A DNA stretch of 64,000 nt, taken from positions 8,618,001 to 8,682,000 of the forward strand of contig NW_026262667.1 of the NCBI RefSeq assembly GCF_021869535.1, written 5' to 3'. This DNA is from Mytilus californianus. Its lineage: Eukaryota. The position numbers and the translations under genes are program-made. Under the pieces are notes generated by a model, which worked only from the letters and a program-made list of their open reading frames with translations, was not told where the DNA came from and made no database searches. Shown piece by piece: positions 35,014 through 46,950 of this stretch (the stretch's first letter is position 1; the number at the start of each line of letters is the position of its first letter).

Positions 35014-37500
35014 AAAAGAGAGATGAAAGATACCAAAGGGAATTCAAACTCATTGTCGAAAATAAACTGACAACGCCATGGCAAAGTAAAATAGACCAAA
35101 AGACAAACAACAGTATACAATACACAGCATAGAAAACTATTAAAGACTGGTCAACACAAACCACACTAAAAACCGGGGTGATCTCAGGTGTAAGCAGATC
35201 CTGCTCCACATGTAGCACCGTCGTGTAGCTCATGTAAGTACAAACCCGTGATAAGTCTTATTCAGTAGGTCATATTTGAGGAAAAGGAGGACGTGATTGT
35301 GGTTACGACGATGTTCCTGATGAAGGTAAATCTTCGTCCATAAAATTTTCGTAGGGATGATTTCGACTTCACCACTTGGAAGTCTTGGTTTAAAAGCTTC
35401 CTCGTGAGCAGCAACACTCTACCAAGGAATCATGATAGAAAACGCAAACCCTGGAATATCGTATCAACTGGGAGATATATACTCCATATGCAGGCGCTGT
35501 TGGAATGTTGCTACATAGAAATGGAAAGTTCACAATTGGGAAGCTGATATCATCTCTCTTGTTGTAAAGTTTTGTTCTCAACAGACCCTCATTGTCAATT
35601 TCTAGATGTAAGTCAAGATATGAGGCAGACTTAACTGTATCTGTTGTATCCTTTATTTCAAGTTGATGGGATAGATAGGTTCAATAGTCTCCAAACTTTA
35701 TAAATTATTTAGTAAGAGGGCATCATCTTTTTAGCGGAAAGTGAAGTTAAAGGATAATGCTAGCTCTTTTTCATTCTTCATAAGAAGGTCCTGTATGAAG
35801 TTAGTCTCATATGAATAAAGGAACAAGTCGACAAGAAGAGGAACACACTTGGTTCCCTTGGGAATGCCGATTGTTTGTTGAAAAACACGTCCTCCAAACG
35901 TAACAAATATGTTGTGAATCAAGGAATCAGGCATGTTGATAATGTCACTAGACAATTTCAGAGAATTTTTTGTTTGGACTCAGAAGTACGATTTTTTCTT
36001 CCCTAGGACAAGATATTTGTATCTACGTTGGCCATTCTTTTTTATAAAAAATTTGTCTTTTAGTTTGAAATGGGGAATACTTGTGTAAAGTGTAGAAAAG
36101 TTAAATTTTTTAATACTATTGCCAGATGAAAGAGTTTTAGATTGTATGTTCTCTAACAGATCTTTGGATTTTTTTAGTATCCACATCTAATTCACGCCGC
36201 CTCTAGAGTATGTAATTTCACTATAACTTTAAGGCCCGGCTTTGATTGCTGATAAAATTTGTTAATAATTTAGAAACAGGTTTCGTGGAGCACTTGAATT
36301 GATTGATTGATTGGTCTTTAACGCCACTTTCAGTACCTTTGTGCTATTTCTTGGCGGTCAGTTTTATTGGTGGAGGAAGCCAGACTGCCCGGAGAAAACC
36401 ATTGACCTTCGGTAGGACAAATGACAATCCTAGTCAATTAAGATTGGCGTCGAGCGCACCTACCGCGTGCGGGATTCGAACTCACAACCTCAGTGTGGAC
36501 AGGCTAGTGATACAGTAGTTTGACTACTTAGACCACTCGGCCACCGAGGTCCCTGGAGCACTTGTAAGACCAAGCAATATAACGTTGTTTGTAAGGCTAC
36601 TTATATAATTTAGGTATCCAATACAGCGAATGAAGATCAAGTTCTTTATCCTTGGTTGAAATTCCAAAGGAACATATAAAAGACCTATGATTATCCAGGA
36701 TTTCCTCCTTAGTAAGTGTCGTTGGCTTATATGTTGAGGTTCCAAATAAATTGTCAATACCTATTTCATTCATCAAGCAGTCTATGTAATGTGATTCACA
36801 CACAAAAACGATGTTGTTTGGGGCTTTATCTGCGGGACAACAACACATTTGTCATGGAAGTAGGGTAGGCCAGGTTCTTTGCAACATTTGGGTCTTTAAA
36901 GATTGATGTAGCATATGTATTCATAGACCCATTCAGTTTTTTTAATTTTGATTTGTATGAACGACCTCACAGCCATAATCCATTCGGAAAGAGTATCTAC
37001 GTCTTCTCGCGTTTAATCCATTGCCTGGCATAATCCTCGGCTGAATCTATCTGTATTTCAAAGTTGTGTTTCCGATTGATGGATTTAGGCTCACGATATT
37101 TCGAGCCTTTGTATAGCACATTTTGCAGAGAAGTGTTATTGACAATGTTTATGTCACCAATAATAACGTGGTCAGTCGGATTATGTATGAAAGGGGAACT
37201 AGCGCAGGTGCAATCAAGAGGTTTAGACTTGAAGTCGTCAATATTGAGATCCTGCAACACGTGTTTGTAATTGGAAATTTTAGTTGCAATTGGTTTGGTA
37301 TAGGTTTAAGAAATGATAGGTACAGGCTGATTTTTAAAATAGGGAGGTATTTTCGAGTGAACTTATTTATGACGAAGGATATTGCCCAAGTTAATGGCAT
37401 CAAGACCTTTGTTGGCAAAGGAAATTTTAGAAAGGATCTTTTCTCCTCTTCATCTTTTCCAAATGTCTGTGACTAGCAATACCCGAGATGATAGCTGTAA
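35014..37500 (-). mobile_element. 5'-truncated, decayed Penelope-like retroelement (RT + 3' tail)
   Basis: Minus-strand fragments FANKGLDAINLGNIL, CTCASSPF...DHVIIGDINIV, PADKAPNNIVFVC, LYWIPKL, FSTLYTSIPH, QTIGIPKGTKCVPLLVDLFLYSYE, LYNKRDDISFPIVNFPFLCSNIP..PAYGVYISQLIRY. Many stops and frameshifts. Confidence 0.8.
36297..36553 (-). mobile_element. Full-length tRNA-derived SINE with V-domain-like core, inserted in the Penelope-like ORF
   Basis: Head gggacctcggTGGCCGAGTGGtctaagtag; B-box GTTCGAATCC; core ggttttctccgggcagtctggcttcctccacc; (TCAA)n tail. 11-bp TSD tggagcacttg at 36286-36296 and 36554-36564. Confidence 0.9.
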
Positions 37501-37814
37501 GTTTGTATTGGTTTGAATTGGGGTTTGTAACAGTTGTTTTTTTAAGCAAAAGTTGTACAGAAAATAACGTTTTGAAAGGGGTAGTGAATAAAACTTGGGG
37601 CGAATATGATGAATAACCAACGACTTTTGTATAAAACTATAAATGGCAGAACATCATTTATAGAGACATCATGGAGAGAAGTTGATGTATAATGACGATG
37701 ACCATGACTGCTTATATGTCGAGGAGTAGAGTTTAAAATGTTCATCACATTCACCGAGCTACAGACAGGACTAGATAGAATAGATAGGAAGCTATTAAAC
37801 CTAGAGTTCCAAGG

Positions 37815-39520
37815 AAGAAGAGGTTAATTGTTTCCACATCTCCTACTGTTCCCAGCCAAGATGATTTCCATTACTGTGAGTCGAAGGTGTTTCAAAATCT
37901 CCCACTGTTTAAAGCCTAGACGATTTCAATTACTGTCAGCATTGGTTGTTTCCACATCTCCCACTGTTCCTAGTAAAAGTGATTTTCATTTCTATGACCA
38001 TAGGTTGTTTCCACTTTTGCCACTGTTCCTAACCAAGATGATTTCCATTACCTATACCAATGTTTTTTTGTCACATCTCCCAATGTGTTTAGATAATATG
38101 ATATCCATGGCGGTGAGTAGAGGTTATTTCCACATCTCCCAACGTTCCCTGTCAAGATGATTCTCATTACTGTAATGGGAGTTGTTTCGCCATCTCCACC
38201 TGTTCCCGTCCAAGATTATTTCCATTGCTGTGACCAGAGGTTGTTTCCACATCTCCCCCTCTTCCTAGCAAAGGCGAATTCAATTATTATGAGCAGTGGT
38301 TGTTTCCACACCTCCCACTGTTTCCAGCCAAGGTCATTTCTGTGGTTGTTTCCAAATTTTCCACTGTTCCCAGCCAAGATGATATCAATTGCTGTGACGA
38401 GAGGTTGTTTCCACATCTCCCACTGTTCAAAGTCAATGTGATGATTATTACTGTGAGCAGTTGTTGTTCCCTCATCTCCCTACTGTGTCAAGCCGAGATT
38501 ATTTACATTGTTGTGAACAGAAGTTGTATTCACATCTCCCACTGATCCGATCCAAAGTGATTTCCATTACTGTGAGTAGACGTTGTTTCCACTTCCCCTA
38601 CTGTTCATAGCCAAGATGATTTCCCATTGCTGTGAGTTGATAGAAGTTAACAACTATAGGTCACCATACGGCCTTCAACAATGAGCAAAACCAATACCGC
38701 ATAGTAAGCTATAAAAGGCCCCGAAATGACAAATGTAAAACATTTCGAACGAGAAAACTAACGGCCTGATTTATGTACAAAACAAGGAAAGAAAAACAAA
38801 TATGATATACAGCAACAAACGACAACCTAGCCAAGGTTGTTTCCCAACCTCCCACTGTTCCGAGTCAAGATGATATCCATTACTGTGAGTAGAGGTTGTT
38901 CCCACTTCTCCCACTGTTTCCAGCCAAGTTGATATCCATTACTGTGAATAGAGGTTGTTCCCACTTCTCCCACTGTTTCCAGCCAAGATGATATCCATTA
39001 CTGTGAGCATTGGTTATTCCCACTTCCTCCACTGTACCAAGCCAAGATGATTTTCATTACTGTGAGTAGTAGTTGTTTCCACTTCACCCACTGTTACTTA
39101 CCAAGATGATATCCATCACTGTGAGCAGTGTTTGTTTCCACTTCTCCACTGTTCCCAGTCAAGATGATATCCATTACTGTGAGTAGAGGTTGTGTCCACT
39201 TCTCCCATTGTTCCAATCCGAGATGATAACCATTTAATACTGTGAGTAGAGGTTGTGTCCACTTCTCCCATTGTTCCAATCCGAGATGATATCCATTACT
39301 GTGAGCAGTGGTTGTTTCCACATCTCCCGCTAGCCAAGATGATATCCATTGCTGTGAGTAGAGGTTGTTTCCACATCTCCCACTGTTCCAAGCCAAGATG
39401 ATTTCATTACTGTGACCAGAGTGTGTTTCCACATCTCCCACGGTTCATAGCAACGGTGGTTATGCTACTGTGAATAGAGGTCGTTGCACAACTGCCACTA
39501 TTCCCAGGCACGGGGATTTC
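37815..39520. repeat. 59-bp minisatellite, right block (interrupted at ~38640-38828 by an interspersed repeat)
   Basis: Units at 38881 and 38940 are offset by exactly 59 bp; same consensus as 34340-35012. Confidence 0.85.
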
Positions 39521-41014
39521 CATTTGATTATTATATCTTGAACCACTGACAGGATTTCAATCACTTTTTCAATGATAGTACATTGACAATCTGATTAAAA
39601 TTCTGATTTATATACTCATTTGAGATGTATGAGGATAACGAAAGCAGAGATATATATTTTAATTAGATTGATACATTGACTTTTGATATACACAGTGTAC
39701 TTGATATTTTATATTTTTGGAAAGATTGGAACTATTGAACTAAAATATACTCTACAACTTTTAATCTTTAGTGTTACATAATCATGATAACTGTTTTCAA
39801 ATTCAATAAGCAATTATTAAGAGGAGAAAAATAGTATACCTATGTTTCAACTTACAAAATGCCCCCAAAACAACCTTTTTATATAAATTGTTGGAGACAA
39901 TATAGATCTTAGTTTTATCTGTTGGTCCCATGTCCTACAAGGATAATTCATAAACTTTATTAGAAGAAGAAGAATCTTTATTTGGTGAGTTCTGTTTCTA
40001 AAGATAAAACGTTAAAGGTGAAACATGTAACAGGGAAGATTATTTGGTTAAGATATGAAATTGCAATTTAAACGAAATTGTTGTGCAAATTAAGGGACCC
40101 TCTATCCTTGATTCACATTTAGCTCATTTTATTTACTGAAAAGGTGCTTATCCTTCTAAAGACCTGCAGTTAATACAATTTTCAGCAATAGTGTTATATT
40201 AATGTTCTTTTTTGTCCACACCATACCTAAATATAATTTGAAATTATTCAAACTACTCTTCCAATCTTTCCATGAGTGATTTCCATCACTTTGATTTTTT
40301 ATGGTTTCCCGTAGGAAACATACAAGTTCCCATGAAACTTTAGCTGCGACTCTTTTAATTATTGGCTGGATGTCAGTGATACTATTAGAGATTTTTGTAC
40401 AGAAGTACATACTGCACCTATTATATTTTTGTCTCGCCTCAAAGAAGTCATGACTGGGAGAATTAGGCGTTTGAGGAGTCAATAGTGTTGAAGTTTGTCA
40501 TTAAATCAGTTTTAAAGGGAAACAACAATGGTACAAATGTTGGTCAATGATATTTGGTATGCAGTTGTACATGTATAAAGCATAGGCAAATAATATTTCC
40601 TTAGAGTTTATGTGGCCTTGTTCCCCAGTCATGCTCTATTGGCTTTGTAATTTTTGCTTAGTTTACATGTTAATATGTGATAAGGTAAGTTTAATTACCG
40701 CTAATTGTTAGTCCATGATAAATGATGGGCAGTTGTATTAACATGAGCACTACTCATATCAATGGAGATTATATGCCCTTCACCCCATCAGTCATTGACT
40801 GTTTGACTTTTGCATAGTTTAAATAGTTTGTAATGAGGTCATTTAAGATGAACCACTTATGGTAAGTATTTGGGGTCTCAAGTAATAAAAGAAAATGAAT
40901 TTGTATTTTTGGTTTATGAATTGGAGTTGCCGGGACAGTTTATTAGATTTTATATTATGATCAATGTAAATGACATTTTAAAATCACGATTGATAGTTTT
41001 ATTTATTTTTACAG

Positions 41015-41128
41015 AATCGTGTAAGCTGGGAAAGATTGTTCAGAGGCATTAAACCTTCAATTCCTCCTCCTGAAGAAAGAGATGCTATTAGAGAAGAATT
41101 TGCAAAAAGAAAGGGCTATAATTACTGA
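41015..41128 (+). CDS. CHCHD7: CHCHD7 coding exon 3
   Basis: tttatttttacag|AAT...TGA. NRVSWERLFRGIKPSIPPPEERDAIREE aligns to human [26 protein letters not shown]. Total protein 131 aa; AATAAA near 41778 and 41863. Confidence 0.9.
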   Translation, partial: NRVSWERLFRGIKPSIPPPEERDAIREEFAKRKGYNY

Positions 41129-42454
41129 ATCTATTTATTTTGTGTATCTGAGGAAGCTACCATCTGGGAAAAAATGTCTACAGTGTGACCGTTTCCAATT
41201 GTTTTGATAAAGGCACATAGAGTTTGTCTGAATGAGTTCAAATGAATGTTACTGAAATTGGAGACGCTTGTATTTTAAACTCATCAATCGAATTAATACA
41301 AAGGCCACAAATTATATTTTTTTACATTTCATTGACATGCTTCATGACAGTCTTTATAGATGAAATATTAGTTTCTAGATATTGAATTATATATTTCTTC
41401 ATAACATGTTGATGTTGTTTTTGTCATCATTATGAAATGAGGATTATTTTCCACTTTTTATCCAACCTGAAAATTTTAACGATTATGTCCATATTTGTAA
41501 ATGACTTTTTTCCTTTTTCTTATACACTGCTATTTTTTAAAATTTAGCTTTAATACCTTCAGCCAAATATTTTTTTTTAATCATCTTTTTTTAAATTGTG
41601 TATTACAGTTTATCATAATTTTTTCTATCAGTTATAAAGTTAATCTCTTTGTGTTGATAGGGTGAGCCAAGATGTACATATTAGGAGTTATAAAAGAAAA
41701 TCTTGCCGTTATTTATGAATAATGTACTTGATTTGTATGTATTTATAAGTCTTAAAAATGTTTGTTTATATGTAATGAATAAATGAGAAACAAGATTGTT
41801 ATAAATTGTGTTGACAAGTTGTAGTCATTTCTTTTCCTGTGACTTGTATTGAGTTGAATAGGAATAAAGAGGGTAGCACCTTTGACATGTATGATTCATT
41901 CTTCATGTAATTTAAAGTTGTGTTCTATATCCAAGCACAGTTTTCTGATACTGAGTGACATACAATCAAATAATTTGGTATTATGGACTTTCTCTAGACA
42001 ATAGAGGAATTAAGCAGCCTTCTAGGAAATGAAGATCAAGCTTACTTACTGCCCTGGACGACATTGGCCACAGGTCAAGCTAACAATCAGTTAATGCTTA
42101 TTATACTATACGCAATAGGTCAACTATATTTGATGTATGGAATGATTGTAATGTGTGCATGTCTGTCTGGCAATGGTCATCTGACCTTTATCTCATTTTC
42201 AATATCGGTTAACAATACCACCAGCTTGTTGAACATTCACAAATACTCTTAGCAATAGGTCAACATATTTTGTGTATGGTAAGATTGGTAGGTTTGCATG
42301 TCTGTCAGACAGTGTTCACCTGAGCTTGACCTCATTTTCATGGTTCTTTTTGCATCGTTTACTTTTCATTGTTAGGTCCGGTTCTCAGACACTATATGCA
42401 GCAGATCAACTATATTTTATGCATGGAATACCTGTAATATAATTGTTATAACCA

Positions 42455-43545
42455 ACTCCCCTTGAAATTATACTTCTAGAATACGACTAGCACTTATAAC
42501 CAATTCCCCTTGAAAATAATACTTCTAAAATACGACTAGCACTTATAACCAATTCCCCTTGAAAATAGTACTTCTAGAATACGACTAGCACTTATAACCA
42601 ATTCCCCTTAAAAATAATACTTCTATAGAATACGACTATATATAGATATAGGAAGATGTGGTATGAGTGCCAATGAGACAACTCTCCATCCAAGTTACAA
42701 TTTATAAAAGTAAACCATTATAGGTCAAGGTAAGGCCTTCAACACGGAGCATTGGCTCACACCGAACAGCAAGCTATAAAGGGCCCCAAAAAATTACTAG
42801 TGTAAAACCATTCAAACGGAAAAACCAACGGTCTAATCTATATAAAAATGAGAAACGAGAAACAGGTATGAACTACATAAACAGACGACAACTACTGTAA
42901 TCAGATACCTGACTTGGGACAGGTGCAAACATTTGCAGCGGGATTAAACGTTTTAATGGTACCAAACATTCTCCCTTTTCTGAAACAATAGTATAACATC
43001 ACAACATAGAAAAACACACTATAAAATATCAATTGGAAGGCTTAACTCAATCAAAAAACGTAAATTAACACACAATGAACGAATAAATTTGACCTGTGAC
43101 ACCTGAATGCAAATACACAGTTAATAAAAAATTACAAGGGATAAATAATTAAAGTCAAAAGTAAATAAACAGGTTTAAACAAAGTTAAAGTATGATATCA
43201 CTGTGAAATGTCAAACAATTTTTAGAAAATCATCACTTTTGAAGAAACCTGTGTCATATTATACACAGGTAAATAAAAATAATGTTGTTGTTAAGTATAC
43301 TTCTTCTTCTGTTTGTATAAAATCTTCCGTGTAGGAATACCAAAGAAATTTCTTTAATATCAATAAAACTAACCTAACACTATATAATACTTCTAGAATA
43401 CGACTAGCACTTATAACCAATTCCCTTTGAAAATAAACTTCTATAGAATACGACTAGCACTTATAACCAATTCCCCTTGAATATAATACTTCTAGAATAC
43501 GACTAGCACTTATAACCAATTCCCCTTGAAAATAATACCTCTAGA
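42455..43545. repeat. 49-bp minisatellite (aatacttctagaatacgactagcacttataaccaattccccttgaaaat) split into two blocks (42455-42640, 43385-43545) by an insertion
   Basis: atacgactag anchors at 42481, 42530 and 42579; the same unit resumes at ~43390. Confidence 0.8.
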
Positions 43546-43754
43546 TACATATTTAGTTGCTTGCATTTACATAATATTTTCTTTCAAAAACATTTTAGAA
43601 ATTTAAAACCATTCAAATTGACAGTATAATTCAACTTAATATGATTTTTTTTATTTTATAATTAAGTAGCGCAACTTTTGGATTTCTATCTTACTTTAAT
43701 ATACTTTCTTTAATGTCTCAATGCAAACACTTTTCTTTATATTTGATTGGCATT

Positions 43755-44017
43755 TTACTTTGAGATTGAGTAATAAATTGCTTCTTCGTCATCTAACCCC
43801 TCATAAATATTCATGTCAGTCTTTGATTCCCTTTTGTTAAGTTCATTATAACTGGTGTTGACTGGATCTAGGTAATAGTCTTTATTAGGTGGGACAGAGT
43901 AATCATTTACTGCTTTTCTTGATGGTAGTTGCTTTTGTTTATTCTTTGCCTTAGGATCATCGGTACTACTGCTTTGTTTCTTGCTCTTCAACACTGCCAG
44001 AACCTTTTTCTTTGGCC
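43755..44017 (-). CDS. F-type-lectin-like/EGF-repeat type I receptor (MEGF10/SREC/CED-1-like), exon 8: Tyr-motif cytoplasmic tail
   Basis: atattatgtag|GG CCA..., phase 1. Tail ...SYNELNKRESKTDMNIYEGLDDEEAIYYSISK*. Confidence 0.8.
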
Positions 44018-44971
44018 CTACATAATATGAATGTTATTATATATAAGAATCTGACTTATTTGAATACTTATCATTCACTCAGTGGCTAAATCATCTAAAG
44101 ATGTAGTTATAAAATATATCTGGGCACTAATCCTGTAAAAAGTGACGAAAGGCCTTATATATTCGTGTAAAAATAAGGATGCAAGCTAAATGTATCAATT
44201 ATTTAACAAAAAATCTCGACACATGTTTATGGTTGGTCGGGATTTTTTTTTTAACAAACAGACAACAGAATAGATTAGACACCTCTACTTCAGTACTTGG
44301 TACTGCGTTGGTATAAGGAAATTGATGTGTTCAAATTTTGGTGGAAAATCCCTTATCCCAACTCACGACATTAGATTATCTTTATTTTCCTCGTATTTAA
44401 AGCAAATATCCTACAAACTGGAAAGTTTACTCATAACGAACTGGTAATATATATTTATATTACTTTTACAGTACTGTATACTATAGCAGTTTTTGATGTA
44501 GATCTCTCTTTTTGTAATATCAGAAATATATATGGTAATAAGCCAAAATGATATATAAAATTCTTTTAACCAGTAGTCGTTCCTTGTTTTACCTAGAAAA
44601 CTTAAAAGAAGTATACCATCATTTTTAGTTTTCTAATCGTTCTGAACATACATGAAATATTTGCCACTGGGCGTTAGGCAACCACCAATTAACCAATCAA
44701 TCATTTTGACTTGGCATGCCAAGCAGTCGCATTTTTTACCACGTTACCCAGCTGGTTGATATTTACAGACCTCTTTATACACAGTCAGTTAAAAATAGTA
44801 AACATTTCGAAATATAAAATGTGAGGCAAGTAGAGCATTTTGAAGTTTAAAAATGATAAAATGGAGGTCTCCTAAATTACATACAAATTTGATATATATA
44901 TATACATGTATATATAATATATGTGTGAGGATTTGGTAAGAAAAGGTTCAAACTGTCATTGTAAGCCATAC

Positions 44972-45006
44972 CTTTAATTCCTGGTAGTTTCTTAAATAAC
45001 TTCAGT
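44972..45006 (-). CDS. Same receptor, exon 7 (35 nt, juxtamembrane LKLFKKLPGIK)
   Basis: ttttcattttccag|A...AAAG|gtatgg. Phase 2->1 exactly bridges exons 6 and 8. Confidence 0.75.
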
Positions 45007-45465
45007 CTGGAAAATGAAAATAAACATCATGAAACGTATGTATGGCACGACGAGTGTTTTAATTGATACAGATGTTTGGTGCTATCCATTTTCATAATAA
45101 ACTGTTGTGTACAAGTCCCTAGCTGTATAACGTTGAGAACTTTGATTTATTCCAGTGAAATTTGAGTCGGTGTGTTTAGTGTTACAAATACCAAAAGGTA
45201 ACAGGGATGTGCTAGAAAGTGAATAAAAAAATCCTTTTAAAAAGTACAAATCAAAGTAGGGATAAAAGGAAAATTTGATGAGATTAGCTCCATGTTTAAC
45301 ACATGTATAAAGATATGAAACGGGTTGACAAACTTTGTTTTTTTTCCACGAAAAAAATAAATTGTTTTAACGCCTACACTCCATCTACTGAGGTACACAT
45401 TTGTCATTTGTCGATCTTTAAAAACACTTTTGAAAAGACGAAACTTCTTTTACATGCATGCTTAC

Positions 45466-45730
45466 CTGCATGCTAATTTGACCACTGTCCCAAGAAGTAC
45501 AGCATTGATAATGACAGCCACAGCTGTAACAGCATAAAATGTAGATGAGTTGACCATTCCATCTGGAGCCCCATTGCCAGACTGTTGTAAGGCTATTCGG
45601 CTACAAGTAGGTGGTTCCCAACCCTCTAGACACATACTATCTGGACAACTCCCATTCTGACTGTCACAAGCACCATGATCACAAAAACATCGGGTTTTGC
45701 AATTTTCTCCGTAAAACTCAGCTCCGCATT
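45466..45730 (-). CDS. Same receptor, exon 6 (EGF-like repeat + transmembrane helix)
   Basis: tcttacag|AA TGC...GCAG|gtaagc. CGAEFYGENCKTRCFCDHGACDSQNGSC...FYAVTAVAVIINAVLLGTVVKLAC. Confidence 0.88.
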
Positions 45731-46008
45731 CTGTAAGATAAATACTATACGTTACATTATTTGGGGGTAGTTATCGAAAGATCTCTTTTAAATTATTTTC
45801 TTTTATAGAAATTTCTTCACAATCGGTAATAAAAAATGTAATACAATTTTCTTTGAAAATGATCGAACAACCTAGAGGGCATAAAATCAATCTAATTACA
45901 ATTAAATCTTTTAATTGCTCCCGTTCTGATATGTCGCGCAGGATTTCATTTTAATTGGATTGAATGGCATAAAATGAATTTGACAGAAATAACATATATT
46001 GTGCTTAC

Positions 46009-46140
46009 GTGATGTGCAATCAGTGCCCTGCCAACCAGCTTTACAACCTTCCAGACATGCTCCAAAAAAATCACAGGTTTGAGAGGCACAGTTTTCTGGG
46101 CACAACTCTGCTATACATGCTGTGATATCGGTCTCACAGT
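46009..46140 (-). CDS. Same receptor, exon 5 (EGF-like)
   Basis: ttctcctttag|AC TGT...TCAC|gtaagc, 132 nt, phase 1->1. CPENCASQTCDFFGACLEGCKAGWQGTDC. Confidence 0.88.
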
Positions 46141-46406
46141 CTAAAGGAGAAAACAAATAGTAGACTCATTCAATAGGTTTTGGTATTGTAACTACACAAA
46201 GTGTGATATATGATGTATATGTAGATGATATGTCAGTATGGTGACCTATCATGACATACTGATCGAGGATAAGGAGTTGATGTACTTATTGCTATGTCTC
46301 ATAAAAGATTTAGAAAATTAACTATATGTCACTGGTCTTTATTGAATGATGACATATGTAATAAAGCAAATTCAAAATGATAGCTATCAAAAGTAAAGCA
46401 TATTAC

Positions 46407-46544
46407 CTTGTTCACATTTAGGTCCAAAGTAACCATCTACGCACCCATATCTACAATCTCCAGTTACCGGATCACACTGACCATCTACACAATCTATTGG
46501 ACATTCACTAGTACATTCAGTTCCGTAAAAACCTACTTGACAAC
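46407..46544 (-). CDS. Same receptor, exon 4 (EGF-like)
   Basis: tttctctttag|GT TGT...CAAG|gtaata, 138 nt. CQVGFYGTECTSECPIDCVDGQCDPVTGDCRYGCVDGYFGPKC. Confidence 0.9.
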
Positions 46545-46950
46545 CTAAAGAGAAATATACAAGATGTTTTAGTAAGTTTAGTGTTACCAGTCACATGTCT
46601 TAGACATTTCCGTTTTACTCTGTGTGTTGTATTAAGTTTCTAATTAACTCCCTTCTCCGGTGCGTGATTTACTGCTTTTGTGGTTCTTTTATTATTGTGA
46701 ATGAATCTTATGTATAGGGTAGCACCAAAAGTTCCTTCTATCTATACCTAAAAAGTGGTTTAAATATCCTGGTAGTCGTATTTAATGTATAACAGAGTGA
46801 AACCGATGACATCAGGTTTCCTGGCCTGGGATAGGCGCATAAAAATGTGCGGGTTGAACATGGTTGTGAGCGCTCAACCCTCACATAAACTTGAACATTA
46901 GTGTAACTCCGGCCCTGCCATGCAAAGGTCGAAGTAGATATGACTAACGT

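Noticed and set aside
35300-37500. Possible programmed recoding (selenocysteine or readthrough) in the Penelope-like ORFs
   Set aside because: Interruptions are a mix of TAA/TAG/TGA and frameshifts, consistent with neutral decay.
40156-40482. 108-aa minus-strand ORF in CHCHD7 intron 2
   Set aside because: No recognisable motif or splice context; the 5' part overlaps a repeat end.
20300-43545. CRISPR-like appearance of regularly spaced repeats (20.3-20.6 kb, 34.3-39.5 kb, 42.5-43.5 kb)
   Set aside because: Units are contiguous with no unique spacers, no cas genes, and the context is eukaryotic.
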